34,564 bases of DNA from a virus. Its lineage: Duplodnaviria; Caudoviricetes. Shown one piece after another: positions 24,876-34,453 of the stretch. How positions within the stretch are numbered: the first letter of the stretch is position 1; each line of letters begins with the position of its first letter. The notes under the pieces were generated by a model. That model was not told where the DNA came from. It searched no databases and saw nothing but the letters and a program-made list of their open reading frames with translations. A program made the position numbers and the translations under genes. The DNA is taken from positions 1 to 34,564 of IMG/VR virus record IMGVR_UViG_3300048574_000391, one strand, 5' to 3'.

Positions 24876-25499
24876 ATGCCGGTCCACAGCGGTGGTGCGC
24901 TGCGCGTCCGAGGGCTCGCCGAGCTCACCAAGGAGCTCGGCGAGCTCGACGACGCCGCGGCCTTCGAGGACCAGCTCAAGACCGCGAACGAGTACATCGC
25001 CGAGCTGATCATCGACAAGGCCGAGCCACGCATGCGTGCGCTCGGCGGCATGGGCGCCCGGGCGGCGAAGACGCTGACCGCTCGCCGCACCGGGAAGTCA
25101 GCGCAGCTCTCGCTCGGCGGACCCGACGCACCTTTCGCCGGCGGCGTCGAGTTCGGCGCCCACCGCAACCTGCGCCGCATCATCAAGAACACCGGCGCCC
25201 GCCCCACGATCGTCCGATCCAAAGAGGCGATCGGCCGGGTGATCCGCAACGTCGAGAAGACCTCGATCGAAGCGGGGTCGCGAAAGCAGTCCTACAAGCA
25301 GTTCCGCGGCCGCGGCGACGTGATCCAGGTCAAGGCCGTGCGCGTCGTCATCGGGTGGAACCAGTTCCGCCCCTGGCGCGGCAACGGCCCCAACGCCGGC
25401 TACGCGCTCTTCCCCGCGATGCGCGAGAACGCCGCCGAGATCATCGCCATCTACGAGAAGGAAGTCGGCGAGATCACCCGCGCCGCCTTCCCCGACTGA
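24876..25499 (+). CDS. HK97 gp10-like tail-completion protein
   Basis: VRGLAELTKEL...RTGK...VEFG...LFPA pattern; basic. Confidence 0.65.
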   Translation: MPVHSGGALRVRGLAELTKELGELDDAAAFEDQLKTANEYIAELIIDKAEPRMRALGGMGARAAKTLTARRTGKSAQLSLGGPDAPFAGGVEFGAHRNLRRIIKNTGARPTIVRSKEAIGRVIRNVEKTSIEAGSRKQSYKQFRGRGDVIQVKAVRVVIGWNQFRPWRGNGPNAGYALFPAMRENAAEIIAIYEKEVGEITRAAFPD

Positions 25500-25526
25500 C
25501 CAACCACAACAGAGGAGACACCGCCC

Positions 25527-25871
25527 ATGTCCGACACCAAGCCAGCACCGATCAAGATCCCCGTCCTCCCACCGTTCGCCATCACGGTCAACGGCGAGCA
25601 GGTCATCGTCGACTCGAGCACGTTCTCGCTGCGCGAGCACCGCACCCGCCGCCGTGAACTCACCCGCATCTCGATCGAGGAAGACCTGGTCGTCGAAGCG
25701 ACCGACGTCGTCGCCGCGTCGATCTGGACCGTGCTGCGGCGCGCCGACCCGACCCTCACCATCGAAGACGTCTACGACGCCGTGACGCTCGGCGAAGCAC
25801 GCGACGCCATCGACTCGCCGGTCAACCCCGACGACCCGAGCGTCGGAGCCAGCACCGACCCGGAAGCGTGA
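25527..25871 (+). CDS. Tail assembly chaperone (G-like)
   Basis: GAGGAG RBS; acidic 114 aa before tape measure. Confidence 0.75.
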   Translation: MSDTKPAPIKIPVLPPFAITVNGEQVIVDSSTFSLREHRTRRRELTRISIEEDLVVEATDVVAASIWTVLRRADPTLTIEDVYDAVTLGEARDAIDSPVNPDDPSVGASTDPEA

Positions 25872-26065
25872 GGCGACAGCTCGGACCCATGTGGCCCGAG
25901 CTGTCGCTGCTCTTCGGTCTCCACCCCTGGCACGTCGAACGCCTGACGGTCGCGGAGATCAACACCTACGTGGCCCGCGTGGCCGAGCACCGGCGACGAC
26001 CAGCCCAGACGGCCCCAGCGGCGACCGACACCGCCCCCGGCGGGGTCACGACCTACCGCACCTGA
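25868..26065 (+). CDS. Tail assembly chaperone second ORF (T-like; -1 frame relative to G)
   Basis: LFGLHPWHVERLTVAE; -1 frame overlap; candidate slip site C CCG GAA 25859-25865. Confidence 0.65.
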   Translation: MRRQLGPMWPELSLLFGLHPWHVERLTVAEINTYVARVAEHRRRPAQTAPAATDTAPGGVTTYRT

Positions 26066-26110
26066 ACGGCGCCCCCACACGCCTCAGACGGCGAGCACGG
26101 AGGAGGTGAC

Positions 26111-28438
26111 ATGGCTGACTCCAAGCGCAAGCTGATCATCGAGGTACTCGGCAACGCGAAGGACGCGACCCAGGCGCTCGGCGACGTGCGCTCCAACGCG
26201 GACCGCACCGCGGAGAAGCTGGTCAGCTTCGGCACCGTCGCCGTGACCGCGTCCGCCGCCGGAGCGGTCGGCCTCTACAAGCTCGCGGGCGCCGCGTCCG
26301 ACTACGGCGAATCGGTCAGCGCCGCAGAGGTCATCTTCAAAGACGGCGCCGGCACCGTCGTCGAGTTCGGCGAAGCCGCCTCGGAGACCGCTGGCCTGTC
26401 GAAGCAGGCCGCCGTCGACGGAGCGAACACCTTCGGCACGTTCGGCAAGAGCGCCGGGCTCGCGGGCGAGGACCTCGCCGGGTTCTCCACCGAGATGGTC
26501 CAGCTCGCCGGCGACCTGGCCTCGTTCAAGAACACCACACCCGAGCAGGCCATCGAGGCGATCGGCGCCGCGCTGCGCGGCGAAGCCGAACCGATCCGCG
26601 CCTACGGCGTGCTGCTCGACGACGCCACCCTCAAGGCCCGAGCGCTCGAGATGGGCATCGGTGACGGCACCTCCCAGCTGACCGCGCAGCAGAAGGTGCT
26701 CGCGGCGCAGGCGGAGATCCTCGCCCAGACCGGCGACGCCCAGGGCGACTTCGTCCGCACCTCGGATTCGCTGGCCAACCAGCAGCGCATCCTCAAGGCC
26801 GACCTCGACAACCTCGCGGTCGGCATCGGCCAGGGCGTGTTGCCGATGGTCAGCTCGCTCGTCGGTGGAGCCTCCAGCCTCACCGGGGCGTTCAGCGAGC
26901 TCAGCCCCGAGACGCAGGGGCTGGTCGGCCAGCTCGGCGGCATCGCCGTGGTCGGCGTCGGAGCCGTCGGCTCGCTGTCGTTCATCGCGGGCAAGGCGCT
27001 CGAGGCCCGCGACCGGTTCACCCAGCTCGGCGACGACGGCGAGCGCTCCCTGAACAAGACCGGCAAGGCGGCGGCCGGGCTCGGCGTCGCGCTCACCGGC
27101 ATCGCGCTCGGTGAGATCATTGGCCAGGTCTCCAACCAGATCGGCGACTACGCGCAGAAGGCGGAAGACGCGCTCAACGCGACCCGCGAAGCGCTGCTCG
27201 ACGGCGACGACGAGGCGGCGATCAAGAGCTTCGGTGACACCGTCGCTGAGACCCAGGCGGAGTGGACCGGCTGGGGCGAGGTGATCGGCTCGGTCGGCCG
27301 CGAGATGAAGGTCGCCACCACCGGCGTCCAGGCCGACATCGAGAACGTCGACCTCGCCTTCAAGCGGATGCTCGAGTCCAGCCCCCAGGCCGCACAGAGC
27401 CTGGTCGAAGCACTCGAGCGCCAGCTCGAGGTGCTCGACCCGACCAGCCGCGAGTACTCCGACACCGCCGACATGGTCGACCGGTTCCGTGACCGGCTCG
27501 ACGCCTCAGCAACCGCGTCCGATGTCGCCGAGCGCGAGCAGGAGGAGCTCGCCGGCGCCACCGGCGAGACGAAGGCAGCGACCGAGGAAGCGACCTCCGC
27601 GTGGCAGGAGTACGCCGACACGCTCGCGGCGAGCACCGATCCGATCTTCGCGGCGATCGACGCGACCGACGGGCTCGAGCAGTCCAAGCGCGACGTTATG
27701 CAGGCCCAGGCCGAGCTCTCGTTCATCGAGGCCGCCGGCAAGGCCGGCACCGACGAGCACCGGGTCGCGGTCGAGAACCTGAACAAGGCCAACGCGGATC
27801 AGGTGAAGGCGGCGTTCGGCGCTGAGGAAGCGCTCGCGGCGCTCGCCGCCGGCGTCGACGAGGGCAAGGTCTCCTACGACAACATGAACGCGACGCTCGA
27901 CTCGTTCGTGGCCCGCGGCGTCATCTCCGCCGAGCAAGCCCAGAAGGTGCGCGACAAGGTCGCCGGCGTCCACTGGCAGGTCGGGGTGCTCGACAACGCC
28001 CACGCCAACATCGGCGTCAACGTCGACACCAGCGTGGCGATGAAGAAGCTCCAGGACTTCGCTCGGAGCATCAAGGCCGACCCGTTCTGGTCACCGCTCT
28101 TCGGCGGCACCATGGGCGTGAGCCTCGGAGCCCGAGCCGATGGCGGCCCGGTGCGCCGCGGTCGGCCCTACCTCGTCGGCGAGGAGGGCCCGGAGCTCAT
28201 CATCCCCGACGAGGACGGCACGGTGATCACCGCCGCCGACACCGCCCGGATCCGCTCCGGCGCCGGAGCGATGGCCGCCGGCCCGGCGCCGACAGTTGTC
28301 CACATCCCGATCAGCATCACGATCGACGGTCCAGTGAGCCAGGACTCGGTGCGGTGGGTGCGGGACCAGCTCGAGCAGGGCATCCGTGACGGACTCCCGA
28401 TGCCCCTGCTTCGCGACGCGATGGCCGGGGCGTCGTGA
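26111..28438 (+). CDS. Tape measure protein
   Basis: 775 aa Ala/Gly-rich helical; C-terminal ARADGGPV...YLVGEEGPEL. Confidence 0.93.
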   Translation: MADSKRKLIIEVLGNAKDATQALGDVRSNADRTAEKLVSFGTVAVTASAAGAVGLYKLAGAASDYGESVSAAEVIFKDGAGTVVEFGEAASETAGLSKQAAVDGANTFGTFGKSAGLAGEDLAGFSTEMVQLAGDLASFKNTTPEQAIEAIGAALRGEAEPIRAYGVLLDDATLKARALEMGIGDGTSQLTAQQKVLAAQAEILAQTGDAQGDFVRTSDSLANQQRILKADLDNLAVGIGQGVLPMVSSLVGGASSLTGAFSELSPETQGLVGQLGGIAVVGVGAVGSLSFIAGKALEARDRFTQLGDDGERSLNKTGKAAAGLGVALTGIALGEIIGQVSNQIGDYAQKAEDALNATREALLDGDDEAAIKSFGDTVAETQAEWTGWGEVIGSVGREMKVATTGVQADIENVDLAFKRMLESSPQAAQSLVEALERQLEVLDPTSREYSDTADMVDRFRDRLDASATASDVAEREQEELAGATGETKAATEEATSAWQEYADTLAASTDPIFAAIDATDGLEQSKRDVMQAQAELSFIEAAGKAGTDEHRVAVENLNKANADQVKAAFGAEEALAALAAGVDEGKVSYDNMNATLDSFVARGVISAEQAQKVRDKVAGVHWQVGVLDNAHANIGVNVDTSVAMKKLQDFARSIKADPFWSPLFGGTMGVSLGARADGGPVRRGRPYLVGEEGPELIIPDEDGTVITAADTARIRSGAGAMAAGPAPTVVHIPISITIDGPVSQDSVRWVRDQLEQGIRDGLPMPLLRDAMAGAS

Positions 28439-30507
28439 GCGCACCCGCCGCGTGCGACGTCACCGTCGAGATGGCGTTCGGGGTGCGGCCCGGCACACCA
28501 CCGGACCCGGGCGACTGGGTCGACGTGACGGACTGGGTTGACGTCCCCGAACAGGCACCGTTCGCCACTGCGTCCGCAGGGTCGACCCACGCCCGCCAGG
28601 CGGCGGACCCCGGCCGGTTCACCATCTCGCTGGTCAACAACGACCGGCGCTTCGATCCCCGCAACACGGAGGGCCCCTACCACGGCAACCTCGTGCCCGG
28701 TGTCCCGGTGCGGATCACCACCACCTACGACTCCGTCACCGAGACGCGCTGGTCGGGCTACGTGAAGGCGTGGCCCCAGCAGATCACCCAGCGGCTCCCC
28801 GTGGTCGAGCTGTCCGCGAGGGACCTGCACGGCCAACTCAGCGCGGCCGACGGCCCGAGCTCGGCGTGGGACGCGTCGATCCCGCGCCTGTCGACCCCTC
28901 CGGAGCAGTGGTGGCGCCCCGGAGTGGACGGCTGGATCGACCAGATCGGTCGACGCAAGGCGCGCAACACGTCGCAGCTGCGCGAGGTCGACACCCTGAT
29001 CGCTGGCGGTGACAAGTCGTGGGGCCAGGTCGACCCCGACGGGTGTGGCGTCACCGAAGACGCTTCGCTGCTCGTCGACCCCGACACCGGGCGCATCGTC
29101 ATCTCGATGTGGATCCGCATCGACGAGCGCGACATCGACAGCACCAACACCTACATCCCGCTCTTCTCCCAGGGCGACGCCGTCAACCCGGCCTGGATCT
29201 CACTCCGTGTCTACGCCTGGTGGCACGGCATCAACGTCTCGGCGTTCAGCGCCGGGTTCGACCTGTCGCACGGCACGATGGAGCCCCGCACCTACGCGGA
29301 CCACGGTGGCGCGCACCAGTTCGACGAGCGGTGGTGGATCGCCGACGGGAAGCCGCACCACGTGCTGATCGTGGTCGACGAGCCCGCCACGGCCGGCTGG
29401 TCGCGCACCCCCGCCATGGAGCCGCTGCTCAACCTCGGAACACGGCCACTCTCCACCGGCCCCCAGCCCCACATCTGGATCGACGGCATCGAGCCGCCCG
29501 CCTACGGCATCATCAACAAGCCTGGCACCGGAAACGGACCCGGCGGCGCCGTGAAGCTCGGCGGCATGAACTTCGGTGCACCGGGCTACTCGGGCGCCGT
29601 CGACCACCTGCTCGTCTGGGGCGACCACCCCGGCAGCGACACCGACCTCGCTGCGCTCGCCGCCGAGCTCAACGAACTGGGTCGCAGCGCGTGGGCCGGG
29701 CAACGGCTCGACGAACGCTTCGCGAAGATCGTCACCTCAGCCGGCTACGGCGACCATCTCGGCACGCTCGACACCTCGAGCATCGTGACCCGTCAGGGCT
29801 ACCGCCGCCGCGGGCTCCGCGAGCTGCTCCAGGCGATCGAGAACACCGAGCAGGGCCGCATCTGGGTCGACCGCGAGGGCACCATCCGGTACTCCGCCCG
29901 GCCGTGGGCGTGGACCGACTCGCGCTCGACGACCGTCCAGGCCACGTTCAGCGACGACCCCGACGAGCTCGACGGCGGCGCGATCGAGATGCTCGAGTCC
30001 GGCACCGTCGTGACCGACGGGGTCGATCTCCTCGCGAACGCCGCTCAGGTGACCAGCGAGTACGGCCGCATGCAGACGGTCGAAGACCCTGACTCGATCG
30101 CTCTCTACGACCGCCAGCTGATCCACCTGTCCGGCCTGCTGCACCCCTCCGACCGCCAGTCACTCGCGATCGCCCAGTGGCTCACCAGAACGTGGGCCGA
30201 GCCCGTGCCGCGGGTGAAGCAACTCCGGTTCCGGGTCGAGTCCGACCCCGAGGTGTGCGCGCCCGTCGCGCAGACGATCGACCAAGGCGACCTCGTCCGC
30301 GTCGTGCTCGCCACCCCCACCAACCCCGAGACGGGCGACCCCGTCGGCGAGGGACTCGACCTGCTCGCACACGTCATCGGTGTCGAGCACTCGTGGTCGG
30401 CGCTCGGCTGGGACGTCACGTTGCATCTGGACAGCTCCCGAGCGGGACGCACCTGGTTCCGAGCCGACATCTCGACCACCGATGGCCCCGACGTCGCAGC
30501 GTTCTGA
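28435..30507 (+). CDS. Minor tail / baseplate hub protein with LamG-like insertion
   Basis: WVDVTDWV, LVNNDRRFDP.N...Y; ISMWIR...IADGKPHHV...WIDG...YSGAVDHL LamG-like; TEQGRIWVDREG. Confidence 0.8.
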   Translation: MSAPAACDVTVEMAFGVRPGTPPDPGDWVDVTDWVDVPEQAPFATASAGSTHARQAADPGRFTISLVNNDRRFDPRNTEGPYHGNLVPGVPVRITTTYDSVTETRWSGYVKAWPQQITQRLPVVELSARDLHGQLSAADGPSSAWDASIPRLSTPPEQWWRPGVDGWIDQIGRRKARNTSQLREVDTLIAGGDKSWGQVDPDGCGVTEDASLLVDPDTGRIVISMWIRIDERDIDSTNTYIPLFSQGDAVNPAWISLRVYAWWHGINVSAFSAGFDLSHGTMEPRTYADHGGAHQFDERWWIADGKPHHVLIVVDEPATAGWSRTPAMEPLLNLGTRPLSTGPQPHIWIDGIEPPAYGIINKPGTGNGPGGAVKLGGMNFGAPGYSGAVDHLLVWGDHPGSDTDLAALAAELNELGRSAWAGQRLDERFAKIVTSAGYGDHLGTLDTSSIVTRQGYRRRGLRELLQAIENTEQGRIWVDREGTIRYSARPWAWTDSRSTTVQATFSDDPDELDGGAIEMLESGTVVTDGVDLLANAAQVTSEYGRMQTVEDPDSIALYDRQLIHLSGLLHPSDRQSLAIAQWLTRTWAEPVPRVKQLRFRVESDPEVCAPVAQTIDQGDLVRVVLATPTNPETGDPVGEGLDLLAHVIGVEHSWSALGWDVTLHLDSSRAGRTWFRADISTTDGPDVAAF

Positions 30508-30519
30508 GGAGGACCACGC

Positions 30520-31047
30520 GTGACCGACCCGTACACCGACCTGGACACCATTGCCGCAGTCGGCTTCGAGGACATCGTTCCGTCCACCTGGTTCGCCGCC
30601 GCCCGCGACAACTTCGAGACGCTCGCGCGGTCACCCGGCTGTGTCGTGCGCCGCACGGCCACCCAGTCGATCGGCAACGCCGGTCTCGACGAGATCGAGT
30701 ACACCGCCGCGGACGACCGCGACACCGACGGCTTCCACTCCACATCGGTCAACCCGACACGGATGACGGTCCCAGCCGGGCTCGGCGGCTGGTACCGATT
30801 CGGCGGCTCCGCCACCTTCGCGTCGAACAGCACCGGCAACCGAATCCTCCAACCGCGAGTGAACGGCTCCACCTCCTACGAGGCGATCACCTGGACCGGC
30901 GTCGTCGCGTCGACGTTCATCTACCCGGACATCCCGATCCTGTTGGTGCCCGGCGACTACGTCGAGATGCTCTGCTACCAGAACTCCGGCGGAGCGCTGA
31001 ACATCACCGCCGCCCGAGCGTGGCTGCGCCTGGTGGACTGGCCGTGA
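30520..31047 (+). CDS. Minor tail protein (C1q/TNF-like beta domain)
   Basis: GAGGAGG RBS; DTDGFH...TRMTVP...GWY...GDYVEM..YQNSGGAL. Confidence 0.7.
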   Translation: MTDPYTDLDTIAAVGFEDIVPSTWFAAARDNFETLARSPGCVVRRTATQSIGNAGLDEIEYTAADDRDTDGFHSTSVNPTRMTVPAGLGGWYRFGGSATFASNSTGNRILQPRVNGSTSYEAITWTGVVASTFIYPDIPILLVPGDYVEMLCYQNSGGALNITAARAWLRLVDWP

Positions 31048-31478
31048 GCGACCCCGTCCTCGTCGCGCTCATCACGACCATCGGCCTGATCGGGGTCGCG
31101 CTCATCGAGTCCGGGCGTCGCACCCGCAACGCGGCCAACGCTGCGCTCGAGAAGGCCGACCAGGTGGCCACGGCGGTCGGCCGCCCCAACGGTGAGGGCA
31201 ACGTCGTGACGATGTCCGAGCGCCAGATCGGCCAGCTCGAGGATGTGCTCGACAAGGTCGACGCCCTCAGCACCGACGTGGTCGGCATGCGCGACGAGCT
31301 CGGCCAGTTCCGCACGATCACCGCCGAGCTGGTCCAGGGCCAGGCCGGCCAGGACCGCCGCATCGCCGCCGCGGAGGGCCGCCACATGCGGCTGCTCGAG
31401 CAGCAGGCGGCTACCGCCCGGTGCGTCACCGAAGCCGTCGACCGCGTCGAGCAACTCGAGAAGGGAACCGCCCAGTGA
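31044..31478 (+). CDS. Single-TM coiled-coil lysis-cassette protein
   Basis: N-terminal TM helix then heptads; GTGA-coupled to endolysin. Confidence 0.7.
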   Translation: MSDPVLVALITTIGLIGVALIESGRRTRNAANAALEKADQVATAVGRPNGEGNVVTMSERQIGQLEDVLDKVDALSTDVVGMRDELGQFRTITAELVQGQAGQDRRIAAAEGRHMRLLEQQAATARCVTEAVDRVEQLEKGTAQ

Positions 31479-32305
31479 GCTACCTCATCGACAACCCGCC
31501 GCGGCGCAGCCAGTACCGCCGACCGCGCCGCGAGGAGCCCTCCGGTGTGATCGCGGTGCACACCGCGGAGAACGCCCCCGACCTCGTCGCGTTCGACGGT
31601 GGCGCCGAGGCCGTGGCCAGGTTCATCCGCGACCGCTCCGACCCCGGCTCCTATCACGAGCTCGTCGACTCCGACTCGGGCATCAACCTGGTGCCCTACG
31701 ACGCCGAGGCCTTCCACGACGGCACCGGCACCAACCCGCACTCGCTCGGCCTGTCGTTCGCGACCCGAGCCGACGTCTGGCCCCTCGCCCCGCAGGCGTG
31801 GCGCGACGGCGCGATCGAGCAGGGCGCACAGCGCGCCTTCAACATGGCCCGCTGGATCCGACACCGCACCGGCATCGTCGTGCCCGCACGCCGCATCTCC
31901 GCCGCGCAGGCCCGGGCGCGCGTGCCCGGGTTCGTCACGCACGCCGAGCTCGACCCCGGCCGCCGTTCCGACCCCGGCCGAGCGTTCCCGTTCGACCAGT
32001 TCCTGGGCCGCTTCGACGAGCTCATGGGCGGCGCGCCGGCGCCGGCACCCGTTCCCGAGGAGGACAACACCATGTACATCCGCGACACCGACACCCAGCG
32101 CGTCTGGGCGGTCCACGACGAGACGTTCCGGTGGATCGGCGCCGACGTCTTCACCGCCCGCGACAACTTCGTTCGGCTCACCACCGGCAAGCCCATCGCT
32201 GTCGCTGCGATGACCTCCGAGGAGCTCGTCGAGTTCGTCGACGCGCACGGCCTCATCGAGCTCCCCGGCCCGGCGATGCCGGGCGCGACCCGCGCGGACC
32301 GCTGA
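31475..32305 (+). CDS. Endolysin, N-acetylmuramoyl-L-alanine amidase (Amidase_2)
   Basis: AVHTAE, SYH, AFH, GFVTH...RSDPG zinc-amidase motifs; Pro linker; C-terminal domain. Confidence 0.9.
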   Translation: MSYLIDNPPRRSQYRRPRREEPSGVIAVHTAENAPDLVAFDGGAEAVARFIRDRSDPGSYHELVDSDSGINLVPYDAEAFHDGTGTNPHSLGLSFATRADVWPLAPQAWRDGAIEQGAQRAFNMARWIRHRTGIVVPARRISAAQARARVPGFVTHAELDPGRRSDPGRAFPFDQFLGRFDELMGGAPAPAPVPEEDNTMYIRDTDTQRVWAVHDETFRWIGADVFTARDNFVRLTTGKPIAVAAMTSEELVEFVDAHGLIELPGPAMPGATRADR

Positions 32306-32343
32306 GCGAAAGCCGCTTCGATCCCGAACCCGAGGAGGTCCTC

Positions 32344-32616
32344 GTGACCGAGTTCCCCGCCGCCGACGCGGTCGGCGCACCCGCGCCCCCACCCGAACCC
32401 GACCCGCTGCCCGCACCCCCGGGGCCCGCGCGGCGCGTCGCTCGCACCATGCTCCAGGTCCTCGCCGCTGTGCCGCTCGCGTGGGGAGCGATCACCGCCG
32501 CCGGCGTCGACGTCTCCGCGCGGCTCACCGCCGTGGTCGTCGGCGTCGCCGGCGCCGCGTACGTGCTCGTCTCCGCCGCTCAGAACGGCTGGGACTCGCG
32601 GCACGGGAAGGGCTGA
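32344..32616 (+). CDS. Holin (2 TM)
   Basis: GAGGAGG RBS; RRVARTMLQ plus two TM helices; follows endolysin. Confidence 0.75.
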   Translation: MTEFPAADAVGAPAPPPEPDPLPAPPGPARRVARTMLQVLAAVPLAWGAITAAGVDVSARLTAVVVGVAGAAYVLVSAAQNGWDSRHGKG

Positions 32617-32619
32617 GCC

Positions 32620-33732
32620 GTGCTCGACACTCGCCCACAGGAGGAACCGCTCCGGCTCCCGACAGGGTCGGACGTGTCGATCCCGATCGTCGTCACCGAC
32701 GCAGCGACCGGCGTCGCCGCGGACCTGGACGAGCTCGGCATCACGCTCGAGCTCGTCATCTCCGCCGCCCGCTCCGGCGCCACGCTGCTCGAGCTGACGA
32801 TCTCCGAAGGCGTGGCCACCGCGACCGCCGCCCAGATCGCCGACCTGCCCAAGGTCGCGCTCCGGTGGCGGTTGCGCGACACCGCACACGACGCCGACTG
32901 GCTCGTCGGCCCGTGCACACCGATGACCGAGGGCCGACCGGGAGGCGGCACCGCGCGCATCGCCGCGGTGGTCGGCGACCGCGTCGCGCTGATGGTCGAG
33001 CTCACCGCCGTGGCCGGGTCCTCCTCCGGCGGAGGTGGCGGGGGTGAGGTGCCGGCGTCACGCACGATCTCCGCCGGCACCGGCCTCACCGGCGGCGGTG
33101 ACCTCTCCGCGAACCGGACCATCTCCGCGAACTTCGGCACCACCGCCGGCACGATCGCCCAGGGCAACGACTCGCGCCTGTCGAATGCCCGCACTCCGAC
33201 CGCTCACGCCGCGTCGCACGCCACCGGGAGCACCGATCCGATCACCCCCGCGGCGATCGGCGCCGCCACATCGGCCCAGGGCGCGCTCGCCGACACCGCT
33301 GTGCAGCCCGACGAGCTCGGCACCGCCGCGGCCCAGGACGTCGAAGCGTTCGACGCCGCCGGATCCGCCGCCGCCGCCCATGCGGCCGCAGTGCAGCGCT
33401 CCAACCACACCGGCTCACAAGCCATCTCCACCGTCACCGGACTCCAGACCGCGCTCGACGGCAAGGCCTCGAGCAGCCACACCCACGGCGCCGCCGACAT
33501 CACCTCCGGCACGCTCGACGCGGCGCGTGTCCCGACGCTCGCCCAGTCGAAGGTGACGAACCTCGAGACGGACCTCGCCGCCCGCGTCACCCTTGCCGCG
33601 GGCATCGCCGTGGTCACCTACGCCGGGTCCGCCGGCGCCACCCGCCCGTCGGCCGCCGCGGTCTACTGGCTCGGCTTCCCGACCGAGCCGACCAACATCG
33701 CGGACGGCGACCTCTGGTACGAGCCCGCATGA
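32620..33732 (+). CDS. Tail fibre-like protein
   Basis: AGTGLTGGGDLSANRT, GNDSRLSNARTP, HAASH, GLQTALDGKA, HTH..DITSGTL fibre motifs. Confidence 0.8.
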   Translation: MLDTRPQEEPLRLPTGSDVSIPIVVTDAATGVAADLDELGITLELVISAARSGATLLELTISEGVATATAAQIADLPKVALRWRLRDTAHDADWLVGPCTPMTEGRPGGGTARIAAVVGDRVALMVELTAVAGSSSGGGGGGEVPASRTISAGTGLTGGGDLSANRTISANFGTTAGTIAQGNDSRLSNARTPTAHAASHATGSTDPITPAAIGAATSAQGALADTAVQPDELGTAAAQDVEAFDAAGSAAAAHAAAVQRSNHTGSQAISTVTGLQTALDGKASSSHTHGAADITSGTLDAARVPTLAQSKVTNLETDLAARVTLAAGIAVVTYAGSAGATRPSAAAVYWLGFPTEPTNIADGDLWYEPA

Positions 33733-34343
33733 CCCGGCTCGGCGCCGGCGACGCCGGCACGCTCTGGCTCCACGAGAGCGGCACGTCCCGCCAGCTCTGG
33801 CCCGCCGTCGACCCCGGCGGCCCGCTCCACATCTGGACCGGTGCCGACCCGACGATCATCACACCGGGCGCGGACCCCGACAGTTACACGATGGGCACCC
33901 TGGTCGAAGCGCTCGCCGACATCACGGTGCTCGGGTTCCGGATCTGGGCCGACCCAGCGATGGCCACCAAGACCAGCCGGCAGGCGTCGCTGTGGGGCGT
34001 GCAGTTCGAGAACCAGCTCGCCACGATGACCATCGACGAGGCCGCGTGGTCCGGGTGGAAGACCTTCGAGCTCGAGTCTTCCGTGCCCGTCACCGCCGGC
34101 ACACTCATCTGCGCGTCGTTCCAAACCGCCGGCGGCTACGGCCGAATCGCCGGAGCGTTCACCGGAACCGCCGGCTACACCTCGAGCGACGGCGCCGCCC
34201 GCATGATCTCCCAGAACGAGGCCGAGGGCACCTGGTCGAAGAACTCCAACGGCCGCTTCGCCGTCGGCTCGACCAACTCGTTCCCCTCCGGCACGTTCGG
34301 CCAAGCCTTCTACGGCGTCGACATCCTCTACCAGCCGACCTGA
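33729..34343 (+). CDS. DUF4082-domain protein (putative receptor/carbohydrate binding)
   Basis: YTMGT...VLGFRIW...SLW...LAT...SGWK...VPVTAGT...FP...YGVD. Confidence 0.8.
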   Translation: MTRLGAGDAGTLWLHESGTSRQLWPAVDPGGPLHIWTGADPTIITPGADPDSYTMGTLVEALADITVLGFRIWADPAMATKTSRQASLWGVQFENQLATMTIDEAAWSGWKTFELESSVPVTAGTLICASFQTAGGYGRIAGAFTGTAGYTSSDGAARMISQNEAEGTWSKNSNGRFAVGSTNSFPSGTFGQAFYGVDILYQPT

Positions 34344-34425
34344 CCGCCACCCGCCCCCGGTGGCGGGCCAGAACCAGCCCCCGCCGCTCGGCCGACTCTC
34401 CCCGGCCTCGAGCGGCGGGGCTTCT
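34344..34425 (+). terminator. Two hairpins ending the late operon (34344-34366; 34376-34422 followed by TCT)
   Basis: CCGCCACC/GGTGGCGG; CCCCGCCGCTCG/CGAGCGGCGGGG. Confidence 0.65.
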
Positions 34426-34453
34426 GCGCGCCCGGCCGGATACGGTCACCGCC

